Below, piece by piece: positions 27,606-32,000 of a stretch of DNA of 32,000 nt. The stretch spans positions 1-32,000 of the forward strand of contig NZ_JAYKGW010000106.1 in the NCBI RefSeq assembly GCF_035285525.1, in the 5' to 3' direction. Both the position numbers and the translations under genes were made by a program. The stretch is from Okeania sp. (GTDB lineage: Bacteria > Cyanobacteriota > Cyanobacteriia > Cyanobacteriales > Microcoleaceae). The number at the start of each line of letters is the position of its first letter. The stretch's first letter is position 1. The notes beneath the pieces are model-generated. The model had not been told where the DNA came from and did no database searches. It saw only the letters and a program-made list of their open reading frames with translations.

Positions 27606-27778
27606 AAAAAAGTTCTCTACTATATCAGTGAAATGACAAGCTGAACGTTAACATATTAAAATTTTGTAAACTGAATCTTTGAATACCATTAGTAAAAAAT
27701 TTATGAAATAGGGAGTAGGGTTTATTAATGGATAATGGATAATCGATAATGAATAATTGAGTTTTACTGAACAAGTGG

Positions 27779-27976
27779 AAATGTCATAGCAAGAGGTTAG
27801 GAAAAACTAGAATTTTACGACTTTTTATTTTTGCCCCCAAAGCCATCTCTAAATCTACTAGATATTGTTTCGTTTCCCTTAAAAATGTCATAGCAAGAGG
27901 TTAGGAAAAACTAGAATTTTACGACTTTTTATTTTTGCCCCCAAAGCCATCTCTAAATCTACTAGATATTGTTTCG
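27779..27976. repeat. Direct tandem duplication of a 94-bp unit (period 104 bp) upstream of urtA
   Basis: aaatgtcatagcaagaggttaggaaaaactagaattttacgactttttatttttgcccccaaagccatctctaaatctactagatattgtttcg occurs at 27779-27872 and, apparently identical, at 27883-27976. Confidence 0.9.
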
Positions 27977-28007
27977 CTGTCGATCGCAATGACTATATTA
28001 TGTTAAT

Positions 28008-28048
28008 TATTAGCCTCAATTATTCCTTCTGCTTCGAGAGCGATCGCC
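28008..28048 (-). repeat. Exact 41-bp copy of the cobN 3' end (orphan gene-tail fragment)
   Basis: tattagcctcaattattccttctgcttcgagagcgatcgcc is identical to 28833-28873. Identity ends just after the HIP1 site GCGATCGC. Confidence 0.9.
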
Positions 28049-28101
28049 TATTATTTTACCAGCATTATTAACTGTAGAATTTCTGTCGAACTTTTCCTAT
28101 A

Positions 28102-28434
28102 TTAAAGGTTGTTAGAAAGCGCAAAAAAATCAATAGAGGGTAATTGCTTTTGTAAAATAAGTAAAACTTTCTCAATTAATTCTTGATCATTTGGGGAAGT
28201 TTTTTTAGGTTGTTCATGTATATCTTTATTTTCTCATTCTTTCATAGCTTCTTTATAAATATTATCAATAGTTTCATTTTTCAAGAATTGCTATTTAAGT
28301 TTCACATAATCTCCTTGAATTCCTAAGTTTAAAGTGGTAATAATATCTAAAAACTTAGAAGGTTCTAATTGATTAAAGAATATTAATAACGCTTCTTGGA
28401 TAATTTTATCATTATAAATTAGGTTCGTTTTCAT
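28102..28434 (-). pseudogene. Decayed small ORF (111 codons in one frame with two in-frame stops)
   Basis: Minus-strand translation: MKTNLIYNDKIIQEALLIFFNQLEPSKFLDIITTLNLGIQGDYVKLK*QFLKNETIDNIYKEAMKE*ENKDIHEQPKKTSPNDQELIEKVLLILQKQLPSIDFFALSNNL*. A single continuous frame is interrupted by TAG (codon 48) and TGA (codon 67). No SD. Confidence 0.4.
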
Positions 28435-28448
28435 CACATACCACTAAA

Positions 28449-28590
28449 CAGTTATCAGTTATCAGTTATCAGCTTTATTAACTTAAAGTTGATAACTAGA
28501 TATACTTGTGATTGTGCTTGAATTTTCGAGTTAAAAATGTAGTAGAAGTTCAGTTAATATTTGCTTCAATTTAACTTGACTTTGAAAACC
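28449..28590. repeat. Right arm of the ~140-bp inverted repeat pair flanking urtA
   Basis: cagttatcagttatcagttatcagctttattaacttaaagttgataactagatatacttgtgatt...aaatgtagtagaagttcagttaatatttgctt is the reverse complement of 26168-26310 at ~85-90% identity by eye. Confidence 0.85.
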
Positions 28591-28827
28591 TTAGATGAAG
28601 TGAACAGGATTGATGGTTTTTCAAGAAAGGTTTTGACAACTTGATATCTCAAATATGTCACACATTTAGCAATTATAATTTGCAAGCATTCAGCTATTAG
28701 AAGTCAGCTATTCCTACGGAATGCTTACTATAATTTAATACTCATAATCAGTATAGTCGGCAAATATATCTATTTATCAGACGAGTCTATAATTTTGAAT
28801 ATTTGCCTACTATCTGAGATTTATTAA

Positions 28828-31800
28828 TTAACTATTAGCCTCAATTATTCCTTCTGCTTCGAGAGCGATCGCCCTCAATTTTTCTAAGGTTTTTTGATTA
28901 GCAGATTGCCATAAACCTCGTTGATTTACTTCTAATAATCTTTCTGCCATATCTCGCAATACCCAAGGATTTTTTGCTTGAATAAATGATTGTACAGTTT
29001 CATCAAAAATATAAGCTTCAGCTACTCCTTGATACATAAAATCTTCTACACATTTTGCCGTTACATCATAAGCAAATAAATAGTCTATTGTTGCTGCCAT
29101 TTCAAAGGCTCCTTTATAACCATGACGCATAACTCCAGCTATCCATTTAGGATTAATAACTCGCGAACGATAAACCCTAGAAATTTGTTCTTTTAATTGT
29201 CTAACTTTAGGATTTTCTGGCATAGAATTATCTCCAAAATAAGTATGAGGATTTTTGCCTGTTAAAACACGAACTGCCACAGTCATTCCTCCTTGAAATT
29301 GATAATAATCATCTGAGTCTAATAAGTCATGTTCTCTATTATCTTGATTATGCAAAACTATTTGCATTTTTTGGAGACGTTGGGAAAATGCTTCTGGAGA
29401 ATTTATCGCTCTTTTTTCAGGATTAAAACTATTATTAATTCCTGTATAAGCATAACTACTCCAATTAATATAAGCTCTGGCTAAATCTCGATCGTCTTGC
29501 CAATTTTGAGATTCAATTAAACCTTGTAAACCTGCACCATAAGCCCCTGGTTTAGAACCAAATATTCTATATTGAGAACGTGCTTTTGCCTGAACTTCAG
29601 TTAACCCTAATTCTTGCCAATATTTAACTTCTTTTTTAACTTGAGCAGCTAAAGGATTTTCTGTTTCTGGTTCATCTAAATTAGCTACAGCAATAACAGC
29701 TTGGTCAAATAAATCAATAATATTAGGAAAAGCATCTCTGAAGAAACCAGAAATTCTTAAAGTTACATCTACACGAGGTCTTCCTAATATTGAAACTGGC
29801 AAAATTTCAAAGTCAATAACTCTTCTAGAAGGTCTATCCCAAACAGGTTTTACTCCTAATAAGGCGAGTGCTTCAGCAATATCATCTCCACCAGTTCGCA
29901 TGGTAGAAGTTCCCCATATTGATAACCCTAAAGTTTGAGGATATTCACCATTTTCTTGAGTGTATCTTTCGATTAAGTTTTCTGCTGCTAACTGCCCTAT
30001 TCTCCAAGCAGTTTCTGTAGGAATAGCGCGAATATCTACAGAGTAAAAATTGCGACCTGTTGGTAAAACATCTGGTCTACCTCTGGTCGGAGCGCCAGAT
30101 GAACCACTAGGGATATATTTACCATCTAATCCTATTAATAAGTTAGTAATTTCTTGATTAGTTTTTTGCAGAGCAGGTAGAAGATTTTGGCGAATCCATT
30201 CTAATTCTTTGTTTGTGTCTGGAAAGGGAGAATTAATCATATTTTGGTTAATTAAATTTTCGACTAAGTTAGCTGCTTTTTGTTCGAGTAATTCCACAGC
30301 ATCACCCAGAGTACGACAAGATTTTTCATCTATTAATAAGTTCTGATTAATCATTGTCGAAAAATCATCGGTTAGGGGGTCAAAATCTAAGTTTAAATCT
30401 TTAGCTAAAGCACGAGTTAAACCTAAACGAGTTGTGCTGGGATGACGAGCGATCGCTATGATTAAATCTCGTAGTTGTTGACCTTGGGGAGGTTGACCAA
30501 ATATATGTAAACCATCACGAATTTGTGCTTCTTTTAATTCGCAAAGATAACCATCTATATTAGTAATTAGTTTGGCAAATTTAGTATTTTTATCGGGAAA
30601 TTTCGACTCATTTGCTTCTGGATGTGAGAGAAAGTCTGAGGATTTTTCAGAAGTGGAAAAGTCAGAAGTTACATCTTCAAATTCTAAAAAATTAGTAGAA
30701 TTAATCTGTACATCCTTGGCAAAAGTCGTGTTATCTGAGTCTTTTTCTAAAAATGATAAATCTTTATCTAAACCTTCTTTTTCTATCAAATTAATTATTC
30801 GTTCCCTAATTACAGATAACCGAGACGGAGCTAAACTTTGTGCCTCATAATATTCATCAATCAAAGTTTCTAATTCCTGTAAAGAACCATAAATTTCAGC
30901 ACGAGTCATAGGTGGAGTTAAATGATCTATAATAACAGCTTGCGACCTCCGTTTAGCTTGGGAGCCTTCTCCTGGATCGTTAACAATAAAAGGATAAAAA
31001 TGTGGCAAAGCACCGATAGCTATTTCTGGAAAACATTCTTGAGATAAACCGACACTTTTACCAGGCAACCATTCTAAATTTCCATGTTTTCCCACATGAA
31101 TAATTGCATCTATTTTAAATTTTTCTCTTAACCAATAATAGAAAGCTAAATAATCAGGAGTTGGTTCCAAGTCTGGAGCATGATAATTTAAACTAGGGTC
31201 AATATCGTAACCCCGCGAAGGTTGAATACCGACAAAAATATTCCCTAGCTGAATACCTGAAATGGGAAAATTATCAGTTTCTTTATCTTTCTCAAATTCT
31301 GAATAATAACTAGAAACATCTTGGGAAAAAGATGCTAGAACTTTTGTGGAATTAATCCGTGTATCTGTGGCAAAATTTCTGTCTTTATCTTTCTCAAATT
31401 CTGAAAAATTCCTAGAAACATCTTGGGAAAAAGATGAGGCAATTTTTGTGGAATTAATCTCTACATTTGTTGTAAAATCCTTGTCTGTATCTTTATCAAA
31501 TTCTCCATCATTATCTTTCTGAAATCCTGAAAAATCCCTAGAAACATCTTTAGGAAAAGATGAGGAAATTTTTGTAGAATTAATCTGTGTATTCGTGGCA
31601 AAATCCGTGTGTGCCGTGGCAAAATATTTATCATTCTTATTCCCCCATCTCTGAATAACTTTTTCCCTTGCAACCTCTGGCAAACTAGCCAAATAAGTTT
31701 CAAATTCTGCCAAAGATAAAGACTGAAAAACAGGACGTAATTCCCGACTTTCCAAATCATTTGTTACTCCAGAAGTCAAACGTTTAATTAACTCATCCCC

Positions 31801-32000
31801 CGTTGCCGGAATATTTTCCAAATAATAACCAGCACCTTCTAAAGCTTGAATAATTTCTACACAACTAGCAGGAGTATCTAACCCCACTCCATTAGCAAGA
31901 CGACCATCACGATTAGGATAATTTGCTAATATTAATGCAATACGACGTTGAGATACTGGAGTTTGTCGTAACTTGATCCAATTAGCAGTTAATTCTGATA
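28828..32000 (-). CDS. cobN: Cobaltochelatase subunit CobN (C-terminal ~1057 aa in window; N-terminus beyond the right edge)
   Basis: CobN/Mg-chelatase H family: LGNIFVGIQPSRGY, HVGKHGNLEWLPGK, IRDGLHIFGQ, GRPDVLPTGRNFYS. The CobN-type C-terminus NPWVLRDMAERLLEVNQRGLWQ distinguishes it from ChlH. The frame stays open upstream of the track's Met (..SELTANWIKLRQTPVSQRRIALILANYPNRDGRLANGVGLDTP..) to base 32000. Confidence 0.93.
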   Translation of the reverse strand, partial: SELTANWIKLRQTPVSQRRIALILANYPNRDGRLANGVGLDTPASCVEIIQALEGAGYYLENIPATGDELIKRLTSGVTNDLESRELRPVFQSLSLAEFETYLASLPEVAREKVIQRWGNKNDKYFATAHTDFATNTQINSTKISSSFPKDVSRDFSGFQKDNDGEFDKDTDKDFTTNVEINSTKIASSFSQDVSRNFSEFEKDKDRNFATDTRINSTKVLASFSQDVSSYYSEFEKDKETDNFPISGIQLGNIFVGIQPSRGYDIDPSLNYHAPDLEPTPDYLAFYYWLREKFKIDAIIHVGKHGNLEWLPGKSVGLSQECFPEIAIGALPHFYPFIVNDPGEGSQAKRRSQAVIIDHLTPPMTRAEIYGSLQELETLIDEYYEAQSLAPSRLSVIRERIINLIEKEGLDKDLSFLEKDSDNTTFAKDVQINSTNFLEFEDVTSDFSTSEKSSDFLSHPEANESKFPDKNTKFAKLITNIDGYLCELKEAQIRDGLHIFGQPPQGQQLRDLIIAIARHPSTTRLGLTRALAKDLNLDFDPLTDDFSTMINQNLLIDEKSCRTLGDAVELLEQKAANLVENLINQNMINSPFPDTNKELEWIRQNLLPALQKTNQEITNLLIGLDGKYIPSGSSGAPTRGRPDVLPTGRNFYSVDIRAIPTETAWRIGQLAAENLIERYTQENGEYPQTLGLSIWGTSTMRTGGDDIAEALALLGVKPVWDRPSRRVIDFEILPVSILGRPRVDVTLRISGFFRDAFPNIIDLFDQAVIAVANLDEPETENPLAAQVKKEVKYWQELGLTEVQAKARSQYRIFGSKPGAYGAGLQGLIESQNWQDDRDLARAYINWSSYAYTGINNSFNPEKRAINSPEAFSQRLQKMQIVLHNQDNREHDLLDSDDYYQFQGGMTVAVRVLTGKNPHTYFGDNSMPENPKVRQLKEQISRVYRSRVINPKWIAGVMRHGYKGAFEMAATIDYLFAYDVTAKCVEDFMYQGVAEAYIFDETVQSFIQAKNPWVLRDMAERLLEVNQRGLWQSANQKTLEKLRAIALEAEGIIEANS
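31270..31635 (-). repeat. In-frame tandem repeat (102- and 126-nt periods) inside cobN
   Basis: The plus-strand anchor tagaaacatcttgggaaaaagatg recurs at 31311 and 31413, and with 1-2 changes at 31539. It encodes repeated ..INSTK(I/V)xxSFxxDVSxxFSEFEKDKD.. units. Confidence 0.85.

Noticed and set aside
27606-27990. NtcA binding site (GTA-N8-TAC) upstream of urtA
   Set aside because: Such a site is expected from what is known of urt regulation, but I could not find a canonical match by eye on either strand. No claim is made.
7223-31760. Antisense or alternate-frame track ORFs inside strong CDSs (7223-7420, 7677-7952, 9111-9305, 12628-12822, 14017-14199, 18608-18853, 18646-18942, 22799-23005, 23474-23689, 23761-23997, 26610-26969, 27301-27636, 30572-30850, 31461-31760)
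   Set aside because: Each is fully or almost fully overlapped by a CDS with clear family motifs. They are typical shadow ORFs.
28828-32000. Cobalamin riboswitch controlling cobN
   Set aside because: The cobN 5' end and leader lie beyond the right edge of the window, so this cannot be assessed.
1-32000. tRNA, rRNA, tmRNA or RNase P genes
   Set aside because: I saw no T-arm-like GGTTCGAATCC-type motifs or other recognisable structured-RNA signatures when reading the intergenic regions. A covariance-model scan would be needed to exclude small RNAs.

Overview
AT-rich (about one-third G+C by eye) chromosomal segment of a cyanobacterium. Supporting signs are HIP1 palindromes GCGATCGC (e.g. 221, 6546, 7728, 28041, 28865), heptanucleotide STRR-like tracts, pentapeptide-repeat proteins, a CBS-CP12 fusion, urtA/urtB and a group-1 sigma factor. 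Coding density is only ~65% by my CDS calls. With the heavy repeat load this resembles Trichodesmium/Richelia-type genomes, but I cannot assign a species. Genes are housekeeping: dnaA(-), pdhB, secD, secF, a small membrane protein, an M23-like peptidase, sigA, CBS-CP12(-), a DEDDy 3'-5' exonuclease(-), a 57-aa ORF(-), two pentapeptide-repeat paralogues(-), ilvD, a small LRAT/NlpC-like protein, an FHA-fused class A PBP, urtB(-), urtA(-) and cobN(-, runs off the right edge). I saw no rRNA, tRNA, CRISPR, transposase, integrase or recognisable defence or secondary-metabolite operon, and no convincing multi-gene novel system. The unusual content is architectural. (1) In-frame tandem peptide repeats sit in two loops of CobN. 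(2) A 41-bp exact copy of the cobN 3' end delimits a ~0.8-kb cassette, and ~140-bp inverted repeats flank urtA. (3) A 221-nt pure pyrimidine tract ends 1 nt before a start codon. (4) A five-copy hairpin array lies just upstream of the FHA-PBP gene. (5) A 174-bp tandem array carries start-less relics of a gene tail. (6) Heptamer tracts supply the stop codons of several genes. (7) Several MITE-like families bracket single housekeeping genes. All homology calls come from motif recognition by eye; no searches were run.
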